NCBI GenBank assembly: GCA_016839515.1
Contig: JAEOUE010000119.1
Coordinates: 1 to 30,026 of the forward strand
Direction of reading: 5' to 3'
Length of the DNA stretch: 30,026 nucleotides
Source: Candidatus Hodarchaeum mangrovi
Lineage (GTDB): Archaea > Asgardarchaeota > Heimdallarchaeia > Hodarchaeales > Hodarchaeaceae
The position numbers and the translations under genes are program-made. The notes below the pieces were generated by a model. It saw only the letters and a program-made list of their open reading frames with translations. It had not been told where the DNA came from and did no database searches. Of this stretch, positions 1 through 8,851 are shown piece after piece (position 1 is the first letter of the stretch; each line of letters opens with the position of its first letter).

Positions 1-559
1 ACTTGAGAAAGCCCTTGAAGAAGTAGGTTGTAGTTCAAGTAATCTAAAACTCGTTATAGCCACTCATGGAGACTTTGACCATACGGGGAATTGTGATTAT
101 CTTCGAGAAAAATATAAAGCTAAAATTGCGATGCATACTCATGATTCAGGAATGGTTGAACATGGAGATATGTTATGGGGTAGGAAAATGAGAAATTTAT
201 TCACAAGAATGATTTTAAAAGTATTATTATTACTTTTCAGAGCAGGAAAATTTCGAAAATTTAAACCAGATATTTTCCTTGAAGAAGGATATGATTTATC
301 TTCATTCGGACTTAAGGCAAAAGTACTTCATCTTCCAGGTCATTCTAAAGGTTCTATAGGAATTTTAACATCAAGTGGTGATCTTTTTTGCGGTGATTTG
401 TTTATGAATACAGGAAAAAAACCAAGAAAATCATCCCTTATCGATAATTCCATAGAATTAGACGCTAGCGTAGCTAAACTGAAGAATTACAATATTATTA
501 ACGTTTATCCTGGGCACGGTTCCTCATTCAAGATCGAAGAGTACTGGAATAGTCATTAA
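1..559 (+). CDS. MBL-fold metallo-hydrolase, 5'-truncated by the window edge
   Basis: The frame is open from position 2 (LEKALEEVGCSSSNLKLVIATHGDFDHTG...) and is in frame with the 131 ORF. It carries the THxDxDH metal motif, PGHSKGS, CGDLF and C-terminal YPGHG, all typical MBL motifs. Confidence 0.92.
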   Translation, partial: LEKALEEVGCSSSNLKLVIATHGDFDHTGNCDYLREKYKAKIAMHTHDSGMVEHGDMLWGRKMRNLFTRMILKVLLLLFRAGKFRKFKPDIFLEEGYDLSSFGLKAKVLHLPGHSKGSIGILTSSGDLFCGDLFMNTGKKPRKSSLIDNSIELDASVAKLKNYNIINVYPGHGSSFKIEEYWNSH

Positions 560-690
560 TAGTATTATTTTATTTCTATGAGCCTTTTTAGGCATCATAT
601 AATATTTATTACTTTTTTTATCTTTATAGAGTAAAAAAAAGTAGATTCACTTATTTCCCATGTGGTTAACTTTAAAACACTTCATAAGTT

Positions 691-1110
691 GTGAGAATAT
701 TTAGAATGGAAGTTCATCACAATAATACAAATACAACATCAATTCTAATATTTATTAGAAAATTGATATTTTGTTCATATATTCCATATTTTACTCTCTA
801 TTTAATTATTTATTTAGTTAATATCATAGAAAGACCCTCAGAGTTTTCAGAGCTAACTTCAAGATTTTTTGACGCTATCACTAGCCTTTATGGTATCTAT
901 ATTGTGCCTATCATCATTATAGCACTTATAGTGAAATATTTGTATAATAAAACAGATGTTCGAAGGATTCCAAAAAATTCTAGTTTATATGAGAGCATTG
1001 TTTATCCTGTTATCCAATATGGCCCGATTAAAATAATTAATACCTCAGTGAACGAGCAAGAGACTGAAGAAGGATTGATAGGGCATCCCGATTATTTAAC
1101 TGAGATGTAA
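691..1110 (+). CDS. Hypothetical membrane protein (2 predicted TM helices)
   Basis: 139-aa ORF with two hydrophobic stretches (YIPYFTLYLIIYLVNII; LYGIYIVPIIIIALIV). The true start may be the ATG at 706. Confidence 0.6.
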   Translation: MRIFRMEVHHNNTNTTSILIFIRKLIFCSYIPYFTLYLIIYLVNIIERPSEFSELTSRFFDAITSLYGIYIVPIIIIALIVKYLYNKTDVRRIPKNSSLYESIVYPVIQYGPIKIINTSVNEQETEEGLIGHPDYLTEM

Positions 1111-1162
1111 TTCTTTTAGGATTGATTTCTAATTATAATTTTCTTGGAATTTTCTCTAGTGA

Positions 1163-1819
1163 TTACTTATTTGAAAGTGCTTGTATAATTTTATCAAATA
1201 AACTAATATAGTCCTCTAGTTTTGATTTATATCCCGAACTAAGAGAATAATCAATAAAATCTACAAAATTAAAATTATATAGAAGTTCTCGGATATCAGA
1301 ACTTATTACTACCTCCGAATCTAGGTGTACAAGTAAATTTTTCCATTCACTAGTTTTTTGTTTACTAGGTATTAGTATAACTAATTTAGGTTGGTCCACA
1401 CAAACAGGTATCTTGCTTGACTTGAATAAGGTTTTCAATCGCTCTAAAATTTTGTTGAAATTATTCTTTTCGCTCCCCTCGATTATTAGGACATTCATTC
1501 CCTCTAAATATGAGTAAGTATCATCAAATTCTTTCCCATGTTTTGAATGAAACTCCTGCACTATTCCCTTCTTCTCTAAAAATTCAAGATTAATAATATG
1601 GATACTTAAATCTATCGAATGATCATTAATAAACTCCTCAAGGTCTGTAGACCAGCCAAAGATTTCAGTTACACGAGAATGTATAGCTTTATCGATATCA
1701 TACCCAATAAAGGTGGAATAAGGAGTTTCCCATTGTTCAGGAAAATATTCTCTTCTTCTCTCAGGAATATCAATAAAACAAATCTTTAATTTCTTTTTAT
1801 TTTTAGAATTATTCTTCAT
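1163..1819 (-). CDS. Hypothetical protein, probable highly degenerate Ras/Rab-fold (pseudo-GTPase)
   Basis: 218-aa ORF. The order and spacing of elements follow the Rab fold: KLKICFID (beta1), YSTFIGYDI (switch I-like), LSIHIIN (beta3), YSYLEGMNVLII (YYRGA-like), NFNKILERL, KLVILIP (beta5), DYSLSSG (G5-like), LFDKII. The G1, G3 and G4 consensus residues are absent. Confidence 0.6.
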   Translation of the reverse strand: MKNNSKNKKKLKICFIDIPERRREYFPEQWETPYSTFIGYDIDKAIHSRVTEIFGWSTDLEEFINDHSIDLSIHIINLEFLEKKGIVQEFHSKHGKEFDDTYSYLEGMNVLIIEGSEKNNFNKILERLKTLFKSSKIPVCVDQPKLVILIPSKQKTSEWKNLLVHLDSEVVISSDIRELLYNFNFVDFIDYSLSSGYKSKLEDYISLFDKIIQALSNK

Positions 1820-1913
1820 AAAGAGAATTTTCTTAGTATTAACTAAAAAAGTTTCCTAGATTGAACTTATATACTCTGATTCTTAATTTTGTATGATTTT
1901 CAAAAAAAGTTTC

Positions 1914-2171
1914 TTATTCCTGTTTTGTTATTTTAAATACAACAGGATTTTTGTAATCAGGACAACATAAAGTAATACTATTAGGATTTTCTTCCCAAGG
2001 ATAGGATGCTCCATATTGCAGTCCAGTAAGATAAGGATAGAGAGTATGCCAAGCAGCGGAACATATTTTCCCTTTATCAAGGGGATATTCAAATTTATCT
2101 CCTACTTTATGACCATGATTACATTTTCCACTTTCAAGAATGTTAATCACTTCAATATTGATTTTTGTCAT
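1914..2171 (-). CDS. TIGR04076-family small Cys protein
   Basis: 85 aa with GKCNHGHKVGDKF, ICSAAW, GASYPW and CCPDYKNPVVFKI, the recognisable family pattern. Confidence 0.88.
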   Translation of the reverse strand: MTKINIEVINILESGKCNHGHKVGDKFEYPLDKGKICSAAWHTLYPYLTGLQYGASYPWEENPNSITLCCPDYKNPVVFKITKQE

Positions 2172-2247
2172 CTTCCTATCATCAAATAAATCAAGATGGT
2201 GTCAATAGATTAGTAGTTTTTCCATTCATTAATAATCTAGAATGTCT

Positions 2248-2682
2248 TTATCCATCCCGAAGAGTACGGAAAAGTAAAATTTTTTCTAGTAATGAATCTT
2301 TGCCAAGACCTAATTTCATTAACTCAAAAGGGTTGGTATTTTCAACTAGATCGTGCAAAATAAAGGGTTTAGGATAATCTAACATATCCCAAACTGTTCT
2401 TAATTCAATATATAACTGATTTAGCTTTAAATAATTATTTATTGTATTTTTAAAAATTAGATTAAGCTCATTCAGTTCTAGAAAATATGAATATAATTTT
2501 TTAATTTCTATCGAATGAGATAAGGCTAATTCTTCCCGCATTTGGTTAATTTCATGAAGAATAATTGAATAATCAGATAAAGGAAAATTCTCTCTTTTTA
2601 GAATTCTATAAAGTTCTTTAATTTCTTTTTCATTTACTGCCTTATCTACTTCAGAGTAATAATGACCATTCGGAAGAATCAC
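2248..2682 (-). CDS. Hypothetical helical protein translationally coupled to the upstream wHTH gene
   Basis: 144-aa ORF. Its GTG start overlaps the TAG stop of the 2682..3011 gene (TAGTG) and is preceded by a GGAGGA SD. Confidence 0.7.
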   Translation of the reverse strand: MILPNGHYYSEVDKAVNEKEIKELYRILKRENFPLSDYSIILHEINQMREELALSHSIEIKKLYSYFLELNELNLIFKNTINNYLKLNQLYIELRTVWDMLDYPKPFILHDLVENTNPFELMKLGLGKDSLLEKILLFRTLRDG

Positions 2683-3011
2683 TACTGTTCCTCCTTTTTA
2701 ATGTTGTTTGGGTAAAATCGTGCCTCAAAAAATGTTTTCGGTCGTCCTTGTGTAGACCTTTGTTCATAAAAACTCTCCACATATCCTTTCAACATTAATC
2801 GACGAAGACTATCGTATATAGTTGACCGTGGAGCACCAATTAATCGTACAAGTTGAGCACGTATCATTGGACCCTCTGATTGAAGTACTGCAAATATAAT
2901 CCTGTCTAAGTCATGGTTTAAAGGAGGGAGTTTCGAGAGATGGGGAGTTTTTCTTTCTGAAACAGAAGCAGTATCCTCCTCAATTAAATTAACCATGTAT
3001 GGAAAACTCAT
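2682..3011 (-). CDS. Winged helix-turn-helix DNA-binding protein (TrmB/ArsR-like HTH)
   Basis: IIFAVLQSEGPMIRAQLVRLIGAPRSTIYDSLRRLMLKGYV helix-turn-helix, GRPKTFF wing, and a GGTGA SD just upstream of the ATG. Confidence 0.85.
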   Translation of the reverse strand: MSFPYMVNLIEEDTASVSERKTPHLSKLPPLNHDLDRIIFAVLQSEGPMIRAQLVRLIGAPRSTIYDSLRRLMLKGYVESFYEQRSTQGRPKTFFEARFYPNNIKKEEQ

Positions 3012-3410
3012 ATTATCACCATTTTTCCTTAATATCGATTTTTATATTTTAGATAGCTGTTTTCATTATTATTGTCTTTAGATTTTCCCGTTAACCTCCT
3101 CAGTTTTTGAAATTGTTCGTAATTTATATTGAGAGTAAATTTTACCTGTTATTGCTCGCTGATAAATGCAGCATTTCATCTTGAGACATGCCTCGAAATT
3201 TACAGATAATTTGGCTTACAAGGCATTAGAATCCCTAAAACTTGAAATAAATAGAGGTGGGGTAAAAATGACAATTTCCTAGAATTAATGTCAGAAAAAA
3301 ATTTGACTCATTTCTGAAAACTACCGTATTTCAAATTTTTCACATAAAAATTACTAAAAAAATGTATTTTAAGGAAACTTAAGATCAAGATATTTTTGAC
3401 CAAAAATATA

Positions 3411-3878
3411 TTAAGTATTAATATCAATCCAGAACCACTGTGCATTTTTATGAAGACCAATAGTATAATTATAAAAATCTATGGCTATATCTGAGGGGAT
3501 ATCAATATTTAATCATGGAATATCTTCTATTCCGCCTATTATCATGCCAATGTTTGGATTAATGTCAAGTATAAATGTTATTTTATGTGAATAAATAATT
3601 CTTCCATTCAAGTCCTCAATCGAAATCGCACATTTATCTACAAATAAATAATCTGTACCAGTCTTTTCAACCATAATAACTGTTTGTGTAAACACTCCTC
3701 CTTTTTTTGCGATAGACGATTAAGTCCAAGAAATCATTCAATTTGTAGCAATAAGTGAAGAACTCGTATTTGTTTCAGTAAATGTTTCAGATAAACCAGA
3801 ATAAATGTTAAATTTTAGAATTATTAAAAAAATAAATGCTCTCTCCTTGTTTATCGTATTTGAATCAATTCTCATCAT
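3411..3878 (-). pseudogene. Candidate decayed gene for an exported protein (3 in-frame stops)
   Basis: One frame from ATG 3878 reads MMRIDSNTINKERAFIFLIILKFNIYSGLSE...ATN*MISWT*SSIAKKGGVFTQT...EDIP*LNIDIPSDIAIDFYNYTIGLHKNAQWFWIDINT*. Internal stops are at 3738-3740, 3720-3722 and 3513-3515. The tracked 3513..3695 ORF is only the middle segment. Confidence 0.45.
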
Positions 3879-4071
3879 TTTCAGTACAATATTTTGGAAG
3901 AAAAATGTTTTAATAAAAGGTTAATCAAATATAAAACAAAGCAGGATTATAAAGCATAATTCGTTTGTAGTCTAAACCTTTATAATGCGCTTAAAATATT
4001 AAACTAAAAGATACAGTTACAATTAAAACTTTTTTAATTAAAGGACTCTTTGGGTTGGAAAGTTAAAATCC

Positions 4072-4620
4072 ATGAAATCTGATGAAATAATCCTAAAGGT
4101 ATGTGCTATCGGTTCGGGTAATGTAGGTAAAACATCTCTTATCCGTAGATATGCTGAAGGAAAATTTGAAGAAGCTTATATCCCAACCTTAGGAGTTGAT
4201 ATAACCACCAAGAGAGTTCAAGTTGGAGAAAAGAATGTCAAACTTATTCTTGCCGATACAGGAGGACAAGAACACTTTGAACGAGTCCGACCAACATACT
4301 ATAAAGGAGCTCTCGGAAGCCTTGTTGTTTTTGCCTTAAATGACTTAAAATCTTTCGAAGCGATTCCAAACTGGTTACAAGAGTTTAGAAATTTAGCGAA
4401 TAGACCTGTATCTGTCGTTTTAGTCGGAAATAAAAAAGACCTGAAAAAGGAGCGGGTAGTATTAAAAAAAGAAGCAGAATTCTTTGCAAAACAAGAAAAA
4501 TTGCCTTATTTTGAAACATCAGCAAAGGAAGGGGGAATAGAAATACAAAAAGCATACGAAGTGCTTGTGACTAATATTTTAACAAATCTCCTGAATTTGG
4601 AAACATCAAAAGCATTATAA
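4072..4620 (+). CDS. Rab-like small GTPase (Ras superfamily)
   Basis: G1 GSGNVGKTS, G2 YIPTLGVD, G3 DTGGQE, YYKGA, G4 NKKD, G5 ETSAK. No C-terminal Cys prenylation motif. Confidence 0.96.
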   Translation: MKSDEIILKVCAIGSGNVGKTSLIRRYAEGKFEEAYIPTLGVDITTKRVQVGEKNVKLILADTGGQEHFERVRPTYYKGALGSLVVFALNDLKSFEAIPNWLQEFRNLANRPVSVVLVGNKKDLKKERVVLKKEAEFFAKQEKLPYFETSAKEGGIEIQKAYEVLVTNILTNLLNLETSKAL

Positions 4621-4713
4621 CTTATTTTCTGATAAATAATGTCTTATTATGTTAAAAAATTAGATTACAGATAATTATTAAACAACTCAATAAAAAAAAA
4701 GGCTATATTATAG

Positions 4714-5472
4714 GTGATTATAATATTAAACATAAATTTTTCTAATAAAACTGTAATAATTGCTTTAAACAATAAAATTCCTAACGCATTGAATCTAGAA
4801 CTCTTAGAAGATTTACAATTAAAATTAGAACAATTTAATAAACAAACAGAAATTCATTCCATCATAATAACAAGTAATAATAATAAATTTTTTTCTATAG
4901 GCCTAGATATTCCATCAATCTATGATATCCCTAAGTTAGAATTTAAAAAGTTCTATAAAACATTTACTCAGACCAGTGTGGAATTATTTAGGTCACCAAA
5001 ACCTGTTATTGCCGCAATTTCAGGACATGCTATTGCTGGGGGTTGTATTTTAGCTTTGTGCTGTGATTATCGAATTATGACTGATTCAAAGGCACTCATG
5101 GGATTAAATGAGATAAAATTAGGGGTTCCTGTTCCTTATCTAGGGTATTTTATCTTGAAAGAATTAGTAGGTTATAGAACAGCTCGGAATGTTTGTGATT
5201 CAGGAGATTTCTTTTCTCCTGAAGATCTTTTTCGCTTGGGCCTAGTAGATGAAATAGTTCCAAGCTCAACGATAATGGATGTGGCATTACAGAAAGCCCA
5301 AGCTCTTGGGTCATTACCTCAATCAACTTATGCATTAATTAAACAGTTACGAGTTCAATCGATCCTAGAACAATATTTTAAAGAGCGGAATGAAGAAATA
5401 GAAACATTTACAACTAGCTGGTTTTCTTCTCCAGCAAGAAATGCATTAAAGGAAGCCATAAAGAAATTCTAA
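4714..5472 (+). CDS. Enoyl-CoA hydratase/isomerase (crotonase) family, delta3-delta2 enoyl-CoA isomerase-like
   Basis: NALNLE, FFSIGLD, PVIAAISGHAIAGGCILALCCDYRIM, MGLNEIKLGVPVP. The start codon is uncertain (GTG within AGGTGA). Confidence 0.92.
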   Translation: MIIILNINFSNKTVIIALNNKIPNALNLELLEDLQLKLEQFNKQTEIHSIIITSNNNKFFSIGLDIPSIYDIPKLEFKKFYKTFTQTSVELFRSPKPVIAAISGHAIAGGCILALCCDYRIMTDSKALMGLNEIKLGVPVPYLGYFILKELVGYRTARNVCDSGDFFSPEDLFRLGLVDEIVPSSTIMDVALQKAQALGSLPQSTYALIKQLRVQSILEQYFKERNEEIETFTTSWFSSPARNALKEAIKKF

Positions 5473-5476
5473 TTAC

Positions 5477-5824
5477 TTAGGAAAAATACTTTATTACCCA
5501 ATCGTTTTCTTCCGCTAATCTTTCGATATTACGAACAATACTTTTCTCATTAGATTCTTGAGCTCCCCAATCAATATTACAAAGACCTGCTCCACCACCT
5601 GATGAAATGATTGTACAATAGGCCTCTGTACGATATTTAAATTCTAAAATTACTGTTGATGTTAAAGCACTCTCCGTTCTGCAGGCATAACTTTCACCAA
5701 TAAAAAAATGTACTTCTCCATCATGTGTTGAATATTTTCGGTTAAATGTCAAACCCTCTCTAATCTGTATCAATTCTAATAATTGTTCCTTTAAGCCATC
5801 TCCAAAAATTTGAAGCTCGATCAT
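5477..5824 (-). CDS. Conserved hypothetical protein, DUF6054-like
   Basis: 115 aa with ESYACRT...LTSTVI...IISSGGGAGL...WGAQES, resembling the DUF6054 pattern from memory. Confidence 0.6.
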   Translation of the reverse strand: MIELQIFGDGLKEQLLELIQIREGLTFNRKYSTHDGEVHFFIGESYACRTESALTSTVILEFKYRTEAYCTIISSGGGAGLCNIDWGAQESNEKSIVRNIERLAEENDWVIKYFS

Positions 5825-5987
5825 GTCATCACTTAATTGGTATAAGTTTCATTAGAATAATTTTTTATAAATGTCTCGATAGCGGATGTATAACTCTTCT
5901 GATACATAAATACGGGAATTCTAATGGAAAATGGAAATTATGTTGAAAGTCAAGAAAGTAGTTAAATAATATTTTGATGATCCCACA

Positions 5988-7130
5988 TTATTTTCGTAAT
6001 TTAGTAAATTGTACAACTGATCTAGATATAGTAAAGTAGATTTTTGTTCTTTTTCCATACTCCGATTCGATCCATACTTTCCCTCCATGATAGGTTACTA
6101 AACTTTCAACGATAGCTAATCCAACTCCTGTCCCTTTTTGATTAGGATCCGCTTTTTGAAAAATTTTCATAACTCGTGAAAGATCTTCTTGCTTTATTCC
6201 TGATCCATTATCTTCTACAGAAAACTGCCAATAATCAGGATAAGACTCACATTCAATGATTATGGTCTTTTCGGGTTTATCAAGATATTTAATGGAATTT
6301 TCAATGAGATTTTGGAATATTTGAAACATCTGAGTTTTATTAGCATCTATAACTGGTAATTCACCATTAATGTGTATATCAATGTCTGTAGAGGGGGAAA
6401 GATGATCAATGACTTCATCAATAACTAGAGCAGTATTTACTGAGCCAAAACCTTCTGGAATATGTTGGATTGCCACCGAATATTCATAAACCCCCTTAAT
6501 GAGGTTTTCCATTCGAGAAATACTATCCTTTATTTTATTAATATATCTAAGACCTTCTGCATCATCTTTATTAATAGAATATCTCTCAAGAAGCTGTGTA
6601 TAACCTAACATGGTTTGTAATGGAGATTTTAAATCATGACTTACTGTGGAAGCAAATTCAACTAGATGGTCATTGCTCCGTAGCATTGAAGCGATTGTCT
6701 GATGGATACCTTTCTCCACATTCCGCCATTTTTCCAGAATAATTGCTACAAATTTTTGATATAAAATTGGATGATTCATCAAAAATGAACTGAAATCGTC
6801 ATAAGAGATAGTGTACAAAATACATTCAACTTTTGCCCGAATTGTAGCAACTATTGGGCTTTTATCAAAAAATTCCATTTCTCCAAGAATTGAGGGAGGA
6901 TGTCGATCTTCAATCACATGAATAAAGTCATTTGTGCCGCGAATATAAACTTCCAATACTCCCTCTTTTAAGAAATAAATATTGTCAGCAATTTTTCCTT
7001 GAGTGAGTAGAATTTCTTGAGCGGGGACTTTAATTTCATGGACTAAAGTAGTAAAATTCTCTATTTCTTTATCAGAGAAGTTATCAAATAAGGAAAAGTT
7101 ACGAAAGAGTGTATACACGTTTTTACTCAC
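5988..7130 (-). CDS. Soluble sensor histidine kinase with N-terminal cyclic-nucleotide-binding (cNMP) domain
   Basis: cNMP domain (LFDNFS, LLTQG, IYFLKEGVLEV, LGEMEFF, ATIRA), H-box VSHDLKSPL, N-box FQNLIENSIKY, G1 VEDNGSGI, G2 GTGVGLAIV. No TM segments. Confidence 0.93.
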   Translation of the reverse strand: MSKNVYTLFRNFSLFDNFSDKEIENFTTLVHEIKVPAQEILLTQGKIADNIYFLKEGVLEVYIRGTNDFIHVIEDRHPPSILGEMEFFDKSPIVATIRAKVECILYTISYDDFSSFLMNHPILYQKFVAIILEKWRNVEKGIHQTIASMLRSNDHLVEFASTVSHDLKSPLQTMLGYTQLLERYSINKDDAEGLRYINKIKDSISRMENLIKGVYEYSVAIQHIPEGFGSVNTALVIDEVIDHLSPSTDIDIHINGELPVIDANKTQMFQIFQNLIENSIKYLDKPEKTIIIECESYPDYWQFSVEDNGSGIKQEDLSRVMKIFQKADPNQKGTGVGLAIVESLVTYHGGKVWIESEYGKRTKIYFTISRSVVQFTKLRK

Positions 7131-7301
7131 TTTTGATCTTTAATAACGATCCAGATTTTTTAATATTCCTAATAGGTATTAATGAGGAATGGAGGAAATC
7201 CATTTTTTGATGTGGAGAATTTTGACTGAGAGATGCATCCTGACTCTACATGAAAACCTCAAGTATATTGTATAAAAATCTACATTTCACAGGTAAAACG
7301 A

Positions 7302-8696
7302 ATGGAAAATATTGATTATGTTCCAGATTGGGCAAAAAAGGCTATAATTTATCATATCTATCCTCTTGGATTCTTTAATGCACCTAAATATCGAGATCAA
7401 GAAAATAAAATAATCAATCGATTAGAAAACCTTCGAAACTATTATAACCACTTTCAAAAGTTAGGAACGACGGTTATACAATTCGGACCACTTTTTGAGT
7501 CGACATCTCATGGATATGATACGATAAATTTTCTAAAAATCGATCAACGGCTAGGAACTAATGATTTATTTCAAGAAATTGTGAAAGAGCTTCACGAGAT
7601 AAATATAAGAGTAATTTTAGATGGCGTTTTCAACCATGTAGGTCGCGAATTCTTTACTTTCCAAGATATCCAACAAAATGGGGCATCCTCCAATTATCTA
7701 AATTGGCATTTTGTGGATTTTAAAAAAAATAATCTAAATAACGACGGATTTGATTATAAAAACTGGGAGGGGAATTATAGTTTAGTTAAACTAAATTTAT
7801 CAGATAGTGGTGTCAAAAATTTTTTATTCCAAGCAGTTCAATATTGGCTAAAAGATGTTGGAATTGATGGTTGGAGGTTAGATGTTGCTTATTTAATACC
7901 TCTAAATTTTTGGAAAGAATTTAGAAAATTTTGTTTAACTATCGAACCAGAATGTTTACTTGTAGGCGAATTAATTCATGGACCATATAATAAATGGGTA
8001 AATCGTGAACATTTACATGTGGGGACAGATTATCAGGTTTATAAATCGATCTATAGTGCTCTAAATGATCGAAACATCTTCGAATTAAAAGCTGTCCTTG
8101 AAAACTCATATCATCCACAATGGGGACAGATAAAAGACCAAGCAATGATGATTTTTCTTGGAAATCATGATACAACTCGAATTCGATCTATTTTAAACAA
8201 AGAGCAGCACTTAAGATTAGCATTTTTCTTATTACTCACCCTCAGAGGAATCCCAAAGATTTATTATGGGGATGAATTGGGGATGATAGGTGTCAAAACA
8301 GAGAAATCTGATTGTGATGTTAGAAGACCAATGGTTTCTCCTAACCATGAATTGACAAACAAAGATTTGTTTCAAATGATTGTGAATCTAATAAAAATAA
8401 GGAAATCTAATCATGCTTTAATTTATGGAAGTTTAAATTGTTTTTATGCAGATTCATATAAAGGTCAAACTATGGCCTTTCTACGTCAATCATCGAAGCA
8501 GACCTTACTGGTGATAATAAATGCAGATTCTCAAAAGAAAGAAGTCAGGATCCCCTTATGGAATATAAATCTAGCTGAGGATCAAGTATTTTCGGATATT
8601 ATACAAAAAAGTAATCCAAATGAATATCAGGTTAAAAATAATCATCTATCAATTGAAATTGACTCGTGTTGGGGAAGAATTTTGGAAATGAAATAA
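7302..8696 (+). CDS. GH13 alpha-amylase-family glycosidase (cyclomaltodextrinase/neopullulanase-like, cytoplasmic)
   Basis: IYHIYPLG, SHGYDT, LDGVFNHVG, DGWRLDVA (nucleophile), VGE (acid/base), FLGNHD, IYYGDELG, plus a C-terminal beta domain. Confidence 0.94.
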   Translation: MENIDYVPDWAKKAIIYHIYPLGFFNAPKYRDQENKIINRLENLRNYYNHFQKLGTTVIQFGPLFESTSHGYDTINFLKIDQRLGTNDLFQEIVKELHEINIRVILDGVFNHVGREFFTFQDIQQNGASSNYLNWHFVDFKKNNLNNDGFDYKNWEGNYSLVKLNLSDSGVKNFLFQAVQYWLKDVGIDGWRLDVAYLIPLNFWKEFRKFCLTIEPECLLVGELIHGPYNKWVNREHLHVGTDYQVYKSIYSALNDRNIFELKAVLENSYHPQWGQIKDQAMMIFLGNHDTTRIRSILNKEQHLRLAFFLLLTLRGIPKIYYGDELGMIGVKTEKSDCDVRRPMVSPNHELTNKDLFQMIVNLIKIRKSNHALIYGSLNCFYADSYKGQTMAFLRQSSKQTLLVIINADSQKKEVRIPLWNINLAEDQVFSDIIQKSNPNEYQVKNNHLSIEIDSCWGRILEMK

Positions 8697-8851
8697 TCAC
8701 ATTTTTGAGACAATAATACAATATCCTTAGAACATTACCTAAGGAATTAACTCAAGAGGAAATCAATAATATTTTAAACTCAAATAAAAGCTAAAAATCA
8801 ATGTTACAAAAATGAAATATGATAGAATGTTATTTTTAGGAAAAAACTACT

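Noticed and set aside
7131-7203. Upstream ATG at 7203 as an N-terminal extension of the histidine kinase
   Set aside because: It is 73 nt from the GTG at 7130, so out of frame, and the cNMP domain is already complete.
8729-8794. Intergenic peptide RTLPKELTQEEINNILNS resembling a tyrosine-recombinase or YqeY linker
   Set aside because: About 20 codons, no start codon, flanked by stops and no catalytic motifs. Not enough to call an integrase remnant.
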